Shown: positions 28,001-41,167 of the stretch, piece by piece | Numbering within the stretch: position 1 is the first letter of the stretch | Layout of the letters: every line of letters begins with the position of its first letter | Source of the DNA: Eledone cirrhosa | Lineage: Eukaryota | NCBI GenBank assembly: GCA_964016885.1 | Contig: OZ024740.1 | Location: 379,812,001-379,876,000 of the forward strand | Reading direction: 5' to 3' | Length of the DNA: 64,000 bases | The notes under the pieces: model-generated | Told to the model about the DNA's origin: nothing | Seen by the model: only the letters and a program-made list of their open reading frames with translations | Database searches by the model: none | Program-made: the position numbers and the translations under genes

Positions 28001-31000
28001 ATACCATCGTCTTATCATGGAACCACAACAAACTGTAACATAGGAAGTCGAAAGCATACCATCGTCTTATCATGGAACCACAACAAACTGTAACACAGGA
28101 AGTCGAAAACATACCATCGTCTAACCATGGAACCACAACAAACTGTAACACAGGAAGTCGAAATCATACCATCGTCTTACCATGGAACCACAACAAACTG
28201 TAACACAGGAAGTCGAAAGCATACCATCGTCTTATCATGGAACCACAACAAACTGTAACACAGGAAGTCGAAAGCATACCATCGTCTTATCATGGAACCA
28301 CCACAAACTGTAACACAGGAAGTCGAAAACAAACCATCGTCTTACCATGGAACCACAACAAACTAACACAGGAAGTCGAAAGCATACCATCGTCTTACCA
28401 TGGAACCACAACAAACTGTAACACAGGAAGTCGAAAGCATACCATCGTCTTACCATGGAACCACAACAAACTGGAACACAGGAAGTCGAAAGCATACCAT
28501 CGTCTTACCATGGAACCACAACAAACTGTAACACAGGAAGTCGAAAGCATACCATCGTCTTATCATGGAACCACAACAAACTGTAACACAGGATGTCGAA
28601 AGCATACCATCGTCTTATCATGGAACCACAACAAGCTGTAACCATGTAGTGCAAAGCATACCATCGTCTTACCATGGAACCACAACAAACTGTAACACAG
28701 GAAATAGAAAGCATACCATCGTCTTATCATGGAACCACAACAAACTGTAACACAGGAAGTCGAAAGCATACCATCGTCTTACCATGGAACCACAACAAAC
28801 TGTAACACAGGAAGTAGAAAGCATACCATCGTCTTATCATGGAACCACAACAAGCTGTAACACATGTAGTGGAAAGCATACCATCGTCTTACCATGGAAC
28901 CACAACAAACTGTAACACAGGAAATAGAAAGCATACCATCGTCTTATCATGGAACCACAACAAACTGTAACACAGGAAGTCGAAAGCATACCATCGTCTA
29001 ACCATGGAAGCACAACAAACTGTAACACCGGAAGTCGAAAGCATACCATCGTCTTACCATGGAACCACAACAAACTGTAACACAGGATGTCGAAAGCATA
29101 CCATCGTCTTACCATGGAACCACAACAAACTGTAACACAGGAAGTCGAAAGCATACCATCGTCTTACCATGGAACCACAACAAACTGTAACACAGGAAGT
29201 CGAAAGCATACCATCGTCTTATCATGGAACCACAACAAACTGTAACACAGGAAGTCGAAAGCATACCATCGTCTTATCATGGAACCACAACAAACTGTAA
29301 CACAGGAATTCTAAAGCGTACCATCGTCATACCATGGAACCACAACAAACTGTAACACAGGAAGTCGCAAGCATACCATCGTCTTACCATGGAACCACAA
29401 CAAACTGTAACACAGGATGTCGAAAACATACCATTGTTTTACCATGGAACCACAACAAACTGTAACACAGGAAGTCGAAAACATACCATCGTCTTACCAT
29501 GGAACCACAACAAACTGTAACACAGGAAGTCGAAAGCATACCATCGTCTTATCATGGAACCACAACAAACTGTAACACAGGAAGTCGAAAACATACCATC
29601 GTCTTAGCATGGAACCACAACAAACTGTAACACAGGAAGTCGAAAGCATACCATCGTCTTATCATGGAACCACAACAAGCTGTAACCATGTAGTGGAAAG
29701 CATACCATCGTCTTACCATGGAACCACAACAAATTGTAACACAGGAAATAGAAAGCATACCATCGTTTTATCATGGAACCACAACAAACTGTAACACAGG
29801 AAGTCGAAAGTATACCATCGTCTTACCATGGAACCACAACAAACTGTAACACAGGAGGTAGAAAGCATACCATCGTCTTATCATGGAACCACAACAAGCT
29901 GTAACATATGTAGTGGAAAGCATACCATCGTCTTACCATGGAACCACAACAAACTATAACACAGGAAATAGAAAGCATACCATCGTCTTATCATGGAACC
30001 ACAACAAACTGTAACACAGGAAGTCGAAAGCATACCATCGTCTAACCATGGAAGCACAACAAACTGTAACACCGGAAGTCGAAAGCATACCATCGTCTTA
30101 TCATGGAACCACAACAAACTGTAACACAGGAAGTCGAAAGCATACCATCGTCTTACCATGGAACCACAACAAACTGTAACACAGGAAGTCGAAAGCATAC
30201 CATCGTCTTACCATGGAACCACAACAAACTGTAACACAGGAAGTCGAAAGCATACCATCGTCTTATCATGGAACCACAACAAACTGTAACACGGGAAGTC
30301 GAAAGCATACCATCGTCTTATCATGGAACCACAACAAACTGTAACACAGGAATTCTAAAGCGTACCATCGTCATACCATGGAACCACAACAAACTGTAAC
30401 ACAGGAAGTCGCAAGCATACCATCGTCTTACCATGGAACCACAACAAACCGTAACACAGGAAGTCGAAAACATACCATCGTCTTACCATGGAACCATCAC
30501 AAACTGTAACACAGTAGGTCGGAAGCTTACCATCGTCTAACCATGGAACCACAACAAACTGTAACACAGGAAGTCGAAAACATACCATTGTTTTACCATG
30601 GAACCACAACAAACTGTAACACAGGAAGTCGAAAACATACCATCGTCTTACCATGGAACCACAACACACTGTAACACAGGAAGTCAAAAACATACCGTCG
30701 TCTTATCATGGAACCACAACAAACTGTAACACAGGAAGTCGAAAGCATACCATCGTCTTATAATGGAACCACAACAAACTGTAACACAGTAAGTCGAAAG
30801 CATACCATCGTCTAACCATAGAACCACAACAAACTGTAACACAGGAAGTCCAAAGCTTACCATCGTCTTATCATGGAACCACAACAAACTGTAACACGGT
30901 AAGTCGAAAGCATACCATCGTCTTATCATGAAACCACAACAAACTGTAACACAGGAAGTCGAAAGCATACCATCATCTTACCATGGAACCACAACAAACT

Positions 31001-32910
31001 GTAACACAGGAAGTCGAAAGCTTACCATCGTCTTATAATGGAACCACAACAAACTGTAACACAGTAAGTCGAAAGCATACCATCGTCTTACCATGGAACC
31101 ACAACAAACTGTAACATAGGAAGTCGAAAGCTTACCATCGTCTTACCATGGAACCACAACAAACTGTAACACAGGGAGTCGAAAGCATACCATCATCTTA
31201 CCATGGAACCACAACAAACTGTAACACAGGAAGTCGAAAACAAACCATCGTCTTACTATGGAACCACAACAAACTGTAACACTGTAAGTCAAAAACATAC
31301 CATCGTCTTATCATGGAACCACAACAAACAGTAACACAGCAAGTCGAAAGCATACCATCGTCTTACCATGGAACCACAACACACTGTAACACTGTAAGTC
31401 AAAAACATACCATCCTCTTATCATGGAACCACAACAAACTGTAACACAGGAAGTCGAAAGCATACCATCGTCTTATAATGGAACCACAACAAACTGTAAC
31501 ACAGGAAGTCGAAAGCATACCATCGTCTTATCATGGAACCACAACAAACTGGAACACAGGAAGTCGAAAGCATACCATCGTCTTATCATGGAACCACAAC
31601 AAACTGTAACACAGGAAGTCGAAAGCATACCATCGTCTTACCATGGAACCACAACAAACTGTAACACAGGAAGTCGAAAGCATACCATCGTCTTATCATG
31701 GAACCACAACAAACTGGAACACAGGAAGTCGAAAGCATACCATCGTCTTATCATGGAACCACAACAAACTGTAACACAGGAAGTCGAAAGCATACCATCG
31801 TCTTACCATGGAACCACAACAAACTGTAACACGGGAAGTCGAAAGCATACCATCGTCTTACCATGGAACCACAACAAACTGTAACACAGGAAGTCGAAAG
31901 CATACCATCGTCTTATCATGGAACCACAACAAACTGGAACACAGGAAGTCGAAAGCATACCATCGTCTTATCATGGAACCACAACAAACTGTAACACAGG
32001 AAGTCGAAAGCATACCATCGTCTTACCATGGAACCACAACAAACTGTAACACAGGAAGTCGAAAGCATACCATCGTCTTATCATGGAACCACAACAAACT
32101 GGAACACAGGAAGTCGGAAGCATACCATCGTCTTATCATGGAACCACAACAAACTGGAACACAGGAAGTCGAAAGCATACCATCGTCTTATCATGGAACC
32201 ACAACAAACTGTAACACAGGAAGTCGAAAGCATACCATCGTCTTACCATGGAACCACAACAAACTGTAACACAGGAAGTAGAAAGCATACCATCGTCTTA
32301 TCATGGAACCACAACAAACTGTAACACAGGAAGTCGAAAGCATACCATCGTCTTATCATGGAACCACAACAAACTGTAACACAGGAAGTCGAAAGCATAC
32401 CATCGTCTTACCATGGAACCACAACAAACTGTAACACAGGAAGTCGAAAGCATACCATCGTCTTACCATGGAACCACAACAAACTGTAACACAGGAAGTC
32501 GAAAGCATACCATCGTCTAACCATGGAACCACAACAAACTGTAACACAGGAAGTCGAAAGCATACCATCATCTTACCATGGAACCACAACAAACTGTAAC
32601 ACAGGAAGTCGAAAACATACCATCGTCTTACCATGGAACCACAACAAACTGTAACACAGGAAGTCGAAAACATACCATCGTCTTAGCATGGAACCACAAC
32701 AAACTGTAACACAGGAAGTCGAAAGCTTACCATCGTCTTATCATGGAACCACAACAAACTGTAACACAGGAAGTCGAAAGCATACCATCGTCTTACCATG
32801 GAACCACAACAAACTGTAACACAGGAAGTCGAAAGCATACCATCTTCTTACCATGGAACCACAACAAACTGTAACACAGGAACTCGAAAGCATACCATCG
32901 TCTTACCATG
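10039..32910. repeat. 55-bp tandem satellite/minisatellite array, about 416 units
   Basis: Consensus CATGGAACCACAACAAACTGTAACACAGGAAGTCGAAAGCATACCATCGTCTTA(C/T), head-to-tail with no spacers. Units carry point variants and rare 1-2 bp deletions. Confidence 0.99.
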
Positions 32911-33823
32911 ATAGCATGTAACATATATAACAATATTGCCTGATACGGTACTGCAACAAAAATAAACACAGCTTAGACGGAAACTTCTCAAATGCATGAC
33001 ATGTGAAATACAAAACAACAACGAAAGTATCTAAAGTAACTATAACATAAACGTGATAAATATGCTATAGTAACGGTGTATAGAACTAAAAATCTTCATA
33101 ATTACACACAACATTCGCATAGCAATAATATTAAAAGCAATGATGTAATACCAACAGAGAGCCCCCTAACCCACATAACTAAAATTACATATCGTTAAAA
33201 CAATCCATAGTGGATACCTCATAACTTACATAAAACCATGCATCCAGCCATAGATTCTATAAACGATATTGGAAGACTAATATGGTGTGGCGCCATACTA
33301 GAAACGAAAGCTTTCGAAATATAAACCAGCATCACGGATCACTAATAAATTAAACACATAGATTCCGCAATCATCCTCACCACTGGTCCCTCACACAGGA
33401 GAGCTATTGTAGTCACGACACCATAATACACACGTTGTGAGTACATCGTGGTACAGTAAGAATTTATCGTGTGCCCCTCCCCATCTTGCAGTTTTGTTTC
33501 ATGATCGTACTCGAACACCCATCATTCATCGTCTGTTACTACTTTATTCAAGAAATTCGACTCAATGTCGCGTCTTTCTGACAAATCCTAATATACTCAC
33601 AACCCATTCGCTTTTTGCTCCATAGACAAGTTCTTGAACACTAGTTTTCACAAATTTTTTACATGTGAAAATGATCTGTTAAAACGCCGGTAACTGCATT
33701 TTTATCCAATCCCATCTCTTCTGCAATCTAAACTATAATAAAGGAAGGTCTGCGGGATTGCGTACGGTTTATTTTTTTTTTATCCCGTTTGTAAAATAAG
33801 TTGAATTACTTTGAATAAATAAT

Positions 33824-34010
33824 TGTTTCTACTTTTGGCACAAGGCCAGCAATTATCCAGTACATTACTGGTACTTTTATTTTATCGACCCCGTAAGGAT
33901 GAAAGGCAAAATTGACCTCGGCGGGATTTGAACTCAGAATGGAAAGTGCCGTAACTCTATGCGTCAAAGGATGTCGTCCGACCCTCTACCGATACTGCCA
34001 ATCCACCGCC
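33824..34010 (-). mobile_element. full-length tRNA-derived SINE (family A) with 15-bp TSD
   Basis: TSD CTTTGAATAAATAAT at 33809-33823 and 34011-34025. A and B boxes on the minus strand. Confidence 0.92.
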
Positions 34011-34419
34011 CTTTGAATAAATAATGAATGGAATATTACATAACTTATCTACTAAATTTCGTGGTTGTTCATTAAATAATATTTTGTTTATTTAAAGATT
34101 CACTTCTTTAAAATTTCTGAAATGTCAACACTTCCGGTGGCGATCGCTTAAATAAACATACTAATTTTCCGTCACTAATTTTCTCTTAATGCAGTTTATA
34201 TATAATATCGTCTTTTTGGGAATTACGTTACTGATTAAATAAGACAGTGTAACGCAGTCTTCGTTCAATTTCTATGTATTATATATTGTCAATTACGATT
34301 TTATTTGATATATCATATCTACATGTATATATATTTGCGTATAATATCAACATACACACTACACATGCTAGCAGAAAACCACCCGAATGGTGGTTTTTCT
34401 GCTAGTCATTCTAACACTT

Positions 34420-34852
34420 AATCAGTGACCCTTCAGCATCACCGCTCGCTCCACGCACACATTTTGTTCATATTTTAACGATATTGGCCCTGCAGAACAA
34501 AGTTCCTCTTCAACATTTTCTCATCCCCCTTTGAAATCTTTGTGCCACTTAAAAACCATACTTTTCGATGGAGTGACATCGCCATAAGCTTGTGTTAAAA
34601 AATTAAATGGCAGATTTGTTGAGTTTCACACAAAAATTGTTCGATATTTTCCTGCATCGCAACCGCAACAGAGGTTATAGACACATTTGTACACAAACAG
34701 CAACAACTCGCGACTGATTCAATCGATCAGGGTAAAACAAGTATGTAGGTGCAGCCAAGGTCATAACCAACACGTCTAAATAGATGAATAAGGTGCTGTC
34801 GTACCATGTCGAACGTAGGAAAGTCAATACCATTACATTTCGGACAAACCTA
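34420..34852 (-). mobile_element. mariner transposon 5' fragment
   Basis: TIR-like end TATAGGTTTGTCCGAAATGTAATG. Decayed HTH FCVKLNKSA..LTQAYGDVTPSKSMVFKWHKDFKGG. Confidence 0.8.
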
Positions 34853-35039
34853 TATAAATATATATATATTATAATTGCCTCTTCTTTACAGAAGACGGCC
34901 ATCTCTTCAACGAATCCTTGATATGGACCACCACCAAATGCAGGCTGCTGACCCGTGTGATGACTGAACATGCTTTGTTTAGGTCACATTTTCTAGATCC
35001 TTCCCAACAACAAAGCAGCAGCAGCAGGAGCAGCACAAA

Positions 35040-36200
35040 CCGTCATAACATTTTATCACTTTGCACCCGTTAGTATTTTCAATGCCTTGGAGACTGGTGG
35101 GATGAAGGGAGAAAGGTATTCTCTGAATTCCTTTAAGTCAACAAATACATGGTAAATATCCTGTTGGTATTGGCTGTACCTCTTGCATAGAACTCTCAGA
35201 TTGAAAATCTGCTCTGTTGTGTAACGGAAACCAGCCTGCTCTTCCGCAATGATTTCCTAAGCTTGTGACTTCAGCCTGTTCAGGCTGACTTTTAGCATCA
35301 CTTTCCTTGCGTGGCTGAGATGGCTGATGGTTCTATAATTTTGACATGTTGTAGATTGCCTTTCTTGGGGAGTGTGACAATGAGTGACTGTGCCCACGGT
35401 GTTGGCCACTCTCCAGTCTGCCAGATTTTGTTGCAGATTCTGGTGAGAATGACCATCCCTGGTTTTCCTCTATATTTTCTCAGTTCTGCTAGAATGTTGT
35501 CTGTATCAGCTGCTTTTCCAGTTTTCAGCGTTTTTATTGTTGTCTCCACATCTTCACGAAAGACTGGGAAGTCAACCTCGTTTGATGCTTTCTGACTGAT
35601 AAGCAAGCTAGGGTGTCCATGGGTCTGATGGCTGTACAACTCTCAGCAGTGTTCTGTTCATCTCTCGGTGATGTCTTTTTCTTCCGCAAGGCTCTTACCT
35701 TGCTGGTCTTGGATGGTGCTAACTCTTGAATGTCTTTGTTTTGCGAGATATTTCACAATTTGAAAGGCCTTCTTGCTGTTGTTCCTATTCAGGCAGTCTT
35801 CCATCTCTGTGCACTTATTCTCTATCCATTCTTCTTTGGAATTCCTCATCCCTTTGCCGATCTTCTTACTGATCTCTCTGTGATCTGGTACTCCAGTTGG
35901 TGTATTTTTGGAATTTTCTTACTCCTCTTCTTTTATCATACAATGATCCAAGGCTAAGTTTTCCTGTGGTGTTTCTCTAAGATGTCGTTTGCTGACTCTG
36001 TCACCACCACGTTAAAGATGTTGCTGAACTTCAGAGTCAGGCTGAAGATCAAGAAGCGCAAGAACCCTAGACAGAAGTTCAGCATGGACAGGATGAAGTA
36101 CTCCACCATCGCCAAGTCCTTCCAAGGAACTATTGATGGAAAATTTGCAGCTCTACTCACACTCGAAGAGGAGGTTGAAACGATGTATGGAAATATATTC
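35040..36200 (-). mobile_element. RTE-clade LINE ORF2 fragment with inverted 5' segment (about 36018-36200 on +)
   Basis: Minus strand KAADTDNILAEL..ICNKIWQTGEWPTPWAQSLIVTLPKKGNL..EEQAGFR. The plus-strand piece encodes FRVRLK..KFAALL, the region normally just upstream. Confidence 0.88.
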
Positions 36201-36478
36201 AACCACAACTATAAATAACATTCCAGACCAATCTAAACTAATAATATCTGAAAAATTCATATTTTTATATATTGTAATATAATGTTTTTATTCTTAGGTT
36301 TTAACACCATTTTATTTCAAAACTTCAGCTCAGTCAATGCAGCATTGAATTACTCCTCTTCTATCTTCAATTTTAGTTTCACATCTTTCTCATCTCCACT
36401 CTCCAGTCAAACTATCACGACAATGTTGTTATATCTATTATGATTTTAAGGAACTGAAAGAACCAGTATTCACATATA

Positions 36479-36627
36479 ATTGTTTATGATTTAGGCACAA
36501 GGTTAGCAATTACCGAGTGCATTAATAGTACTTTATTTTATCGACCCCGTAAGGATGAAAAGCAAAGTTAACCTCAGTGGTATTTGAAATCAGAACGTAA
36601 AGGCCCATAACTCTATGCTGCAAAGGG
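36479..36627 (-). mobile_element. partial SINE (family A)
   Basis: Homology to the other copies. Confidence 0.8.
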
Positions 36628-36853
36628 AACAAATTCAAATAATTTCACTCTTCACTATTTTATAACTTTATTTTATAAATTTCTTATAAATGTTTTAAAG
36701 TTATTGCACTATTTCCACAACTTCCTTTCCATATTTCATTTTTCATTTTTTATAAGTTTCTATCTTATTTTAAAAGTTAAAAAAGAACACATTGCACGAT
36801 GTCATCCGATATATTTTATGATAATCATTTCTTTATTTTCCCATTAAATTAAT

Positions 36854-37038
36854 TGTTTCTACTTTTGGCACAAGGCCAGCAATTACCCAGTACATTACTG
36901 GTACTTTATTTTATCGACCCCGTAAGGATGAAAGGTAAAGTTAACCTCGGCGTAATTTGAACTCAGACTGTACAGGGACGTAACTATGCTAGAAAGCATA
37001 GCGTCCAACCCTCTACCGATACTGCCAATTCACCGCCC
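36854..37038 (-). mobile_element. full-length SINE (family A) with TSD
   Basis: CCATTAAATTAAT flanks both sides (36841-36853 and 37046-37058). Confidence 0.9.
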
Positions 37039-37227
37039 TATTATTCCATTAAATTAATGACATTTGTTTTAAACTGTACGAAAATAATAGCTTTAACGAA
37101 GTAATACTTCTGCCTCTGTTTAAAAACAAAATACTTAATGAGAATGAATTATACCAGACGGGTTTAAACTGGCTTAAGAATCACCGAGGAAAATACTCTA
37201 TTTTACAGTTATAACATTCATAGAGCG

Positions 37228-38385
37228 ATGCAACGAAAACAGCTGCCCATCGGAACCGACATCCAGGGACTCCAGGCACCTTATTGTCAAGCTTGACATG
37301 AGGAATGCCTTTAACTCTTTACGCCGGGATCATCTGCTCGAGGCCTGCCTCAGTCGAGCTCCTCTGCCTACCCGCTGGCCTACCTGTCATATGGAGCTCC
37401 GAGCATGCTCCTTGCTGCTGATACGGTCATACCCTCGGCTACTGGGGTCCAACAGGGCGACCCTTTGGAACCCCTCCTGTTCGCCCTTGGTATTGACCAC
37501 ATCGCTCGGAGTATCACGGTCCCTCTCAACATTTGGTATCTGGGTGATGCTACGTTGGGCGGGTCCGTACGGAGGGTCTGCCATGACCTTCAATCGGTGG
37601 TTCCTGCCCTGGCGGGAATCGGCCTGCAGGTCAACTCGGCCAAGTCGGAGGTGGTGAATGTCAGCCTCGATGCTGCGAGCTTTGCAGCCTCCGTCTTGAA
37701 TGCGTGGTCCATTCTCCGCCAGATTCAGGTGACCCCCAAAGAGGATGTCCTCATCCTCGCTGACATCGATACTTGTATCCGAGCAGCAGCCGAGGAGATA
37801 TGCAACATCAAGTTTGACGACATAGGGTGGCAACAGGCCACTTTACCTGTCAGGTATGGCGGCCTTGGCCTCCGGTCCCCAATCTCACGAGCTTTGCCGG
37901 CGTATCTTTCGACGGTAACCTCGTGCCGCGTCTTCGTCAACAGGGTTCTTCAAAACACAACAGAACCCTCTGTGTTCAGAGAACGTGAGGCCGCCTGTAG
38001 GACGTGGGACCGGCTGGGACCTAGCCCAGTAGACACTGGGCTAAGTCCCAACCGGTCCCACTGTTGACGTCAGGTCCCCCCAACGCACTTAGGATGCCAT
38101 CCAGTGCAGCCTGGCCTCAGACAGGCTCACGCGCCAAGTCGACCAGCACCGCCTTGCTTGTTTTCGTGCGGCCTCCAAACCCCACAGTGGTGCCTGGCTC
38201 CATGCCCTGCCCTCCTTCTCCACTGGCACGCAGCTAGCCTGCACATTAGCGTTTCACTGAGGCTCGGCCTGCGGATCTGCCAGCCACACCAATGTCGCTG
38301 CGGTTCCACCGTGACCTTTCGGCGCGTCTCTCTTGCCGTCCTCCATTCTGTCCGCCGGGGCTGTGGGTCGGCCTCATCGCGTACC
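37228..38385 (+). mobile_element. CRE-clade non-LTR retrotransposon RT fragment, internally deleted
   Basis: Motifs KLDMRNAFNSLRRD, GVQQGDPLEPLLFAL, WYLGD (YLDD mutated), QATLPVRYGGLGLRS and LRLGLRICQPHQCRCG. Forms a GC-rich island. Confidence 0.82.
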
Positions 38386-38539
38386 GTTGTAGTTGTTGTA
38401 GAAGAAACAGGAAGACAACAACTGGAAAGTTTGATTTTCTACTTTATCATTTACTTCTGCACTGAAATATCGAACAAATAAAGCAAAGGAAACATTTTGA
38501 GCTGGACGAGATTCAAAATGTTTCTTTAAACATTTATAG

Positions 38540-38838
<299 letters not shown>

Positions 38839-40364
38839 GTGTTTCATGTTTTAACTAGATATTTAAACACCCATGTAGAAATTTATACCCGAAATACAAA
38901 ATATGACAGTCTGACAAAATCAAGTACGGAATTATCTCAGCCAAAAATCAATACAATATCTCTCGTACCAACTCTCTCCATAAATCCTTACAATGAAAAC
39001 TAGAATAGAGATAAATCATATACAAGCTGGACGAAGGGATGTAAAGATAAAGTAATGATTAATAATGTTATATAACAAAAAAACGCTAAAAGATTATGTA
39101 TGATAACCAGATAGATTACAAAATTGGCACACAGCTTATCTTGCTTGTAATTAATTCAAATGTGAATACTGATAATCTTTGAACCCAGGTCATCTCGAAT
39201 TGTGTAAACCTATGGTCAAACATATCCTAGCCGTTACCAACCAGTATTGTTAAGAGGTATGTAGGACTGCATTAACTAATATATCCTTCCTATAATTAAG
39301 ACAATATGGTGTAATTTCAAAGATACTTGGCTACGATTTCTAGCTGATAGAGTTGCCACATAGAGGTAATAACGCATGACCACAAATTTATAGGAGAGGA
39401 GTAAAATTGGTTATGTACACTTATTTTGTTTATCAGTCCCGGAAAAATTAAAGGTGAAGTCAGCCATTGAAGTATTTGAACATAATAAGGAACCCTACTG
39501 ATTCTTTCACCTATCATTCCAATTGAAATATTAATTATACTACAAGCTTATGGGATTTATGAAAACTAGGTTTCACACACTAAAATACAGATTTACTGAA
39601 GGTTGAGAAACGGTTCTGAAATCAAATAGAAGCAACAAGTAATTTAACATTGCCTGTGGTATCATGTACTTTCAATATACAACTTAATTAGATATAGAGA
39701 ATTAAGGCAATAAAATGCGGAACATAATGAGGTGAAGCAAATTAACTGCAGTTTTCAAACGCATTATTTTGTTCAGTTTTGGGAGATGGTCAGTCCGGAT
39801 CTTACCATACATTCTAGGTGTCATTCTCTACATCTGCTTTGGCTAAAATTCCAGAGAAGTGATGTTCTAAGTTATGAAATATCGGGTACGTTGGTATAGT
39901 CTTTTCGGAAAGGCTTGTATTTGAAAATCACTGCGTTGTCTTATCATCTCACAGACTATCTTTTTTGTCAAACATCGTTAATTTAGGCTGCAGCTGCTGT
40001 TACCTCGTTTGCTTTTGGCTTGTTACCAATACTTTTTTTCATTCCATAATAATAAAGTAGCCTCTTATTAAAAGAAAAATTAACTGAAAAGATTTAATCT
40101 ATGTCTGGCTGGAAAATGCCATATTTTACTGCATCTTACTCTAGCCTTACAGACAAAATATCAGTTTTAATGTTCACAAAATCACTGAACCACTGTTGAT
40201 CTCACAAAGCATATGATACATATTTTTCTTTGTTTTATCGGTGTTACCGTTATTCACTCAAATTATTATACTCTCTAAGTCGAGCAGGAAATCATGATAA
40301 AGGTTTAATTGTTCGGACATAATACTAAAACATCCGTCTTATCACCCAAGCCAACGATGTAGCA

Positions 40365-40565
40365 TCTACGTGGTCGCTCGACTGACTAAAACAGCAGCGA
40401 AATAACCCTTAAGTGGCCCTTTACCATCTTTAAAAAGGAAATACACATTGGACAAGGTAGTGCTAGAGGCATAGTGCTGGATTAAAGGACAGGTTATTAC
40501 AGATTGAAAGTTTGTGATCCCAAGTTTGTTTTAACACTATTTTCCAGTGGCTAAACAACTACAAG
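40365..40565 (-). repeat. interspersed repeat family B (SINE/MITE-like); decayed relatives near 39200-39365, 51400-51730 and 52710-52830
   Basis: Shared motif resembling GATTTGGCTGCTATTTCTAG..GTCGAGCGACCAC in either orientation. Confidence 0.55.
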
Positions 40566-40599
40566 AGCAACACATACATATATACATATGTTGAGATAG

Positions 40600-41167
40600 A
40601 TGACACTAAAGAATACTGGTGGAACCTGAAAATAAGAACTGCCACCACATTAAAGCACAACCTGCCTGATATTGTTGTTTGGGACCCCACATTGAAAACA
40701 TGGTCTGTTGTAGAGATCAGTTGGCCACTTGATGTCAACGTTGTAAGAAAAATACAAGAGAAGGAGGATATCTACTGACCATTGATGAGGAGTTTGCAGA
40801 TCCAGTATCCAAGATACACCTTCAGCTTCATACCCATCATTATTGGAGCTACAGGTTATATACCAACCTGCTTGGACCAGAGTACAACTGAACTTGGCTT
40901 TGTGGACAAAGAGCGCAGCTCCCTAATTCATAGACTACAAATGGCTGCAATAGCTGGCACCTTCAAAATTTGCAAAACATTCTTGTGATTCAAGGGATGA
41001 CAATTGCTTTTCTTTTACAACCTTGCCACCAGGAAGGTGGCCGGTCAAAAATGTACTCGACATTAAAAGAAAGAGAAACATAGATGTACACATACATATA
41101 AACATACATACATACATACATACATACATACATACATACATACATACATACATACATACATACATAC
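40600..41167 (+). mobile_element. R4/Dong-like LINE 3' fragment (RLE domain) with (CATA)n tail
   Basis: KEYWWN..KHNLPDIVVWD..VVEISWPLDVN..PIIIGATG..CKTFL*, a PD-(D/E)xK-type RLE. 3' stem-loop GCCACC/GGTGGC at 41025-41041. (CATA)n at 41103-41167. Confidence 0.85.

Noticed and set aside
10039-32910. CRISPR array or repetitive protein gene
   Set aside because: There are no unique spacers and no cas genes, and the context is eukaryotic. 55 bp is not a multiple of 3 and stops recur about every 165 bp. The many 100-200 aa ORFs arise only where point variants remove a stop.
33824-34010. tRNA genes at the A/B-box-containing repeats
   Set aside because: No cloverleaf is apparent. They are multi-copy with TSDs and tails, so they are SINEs.
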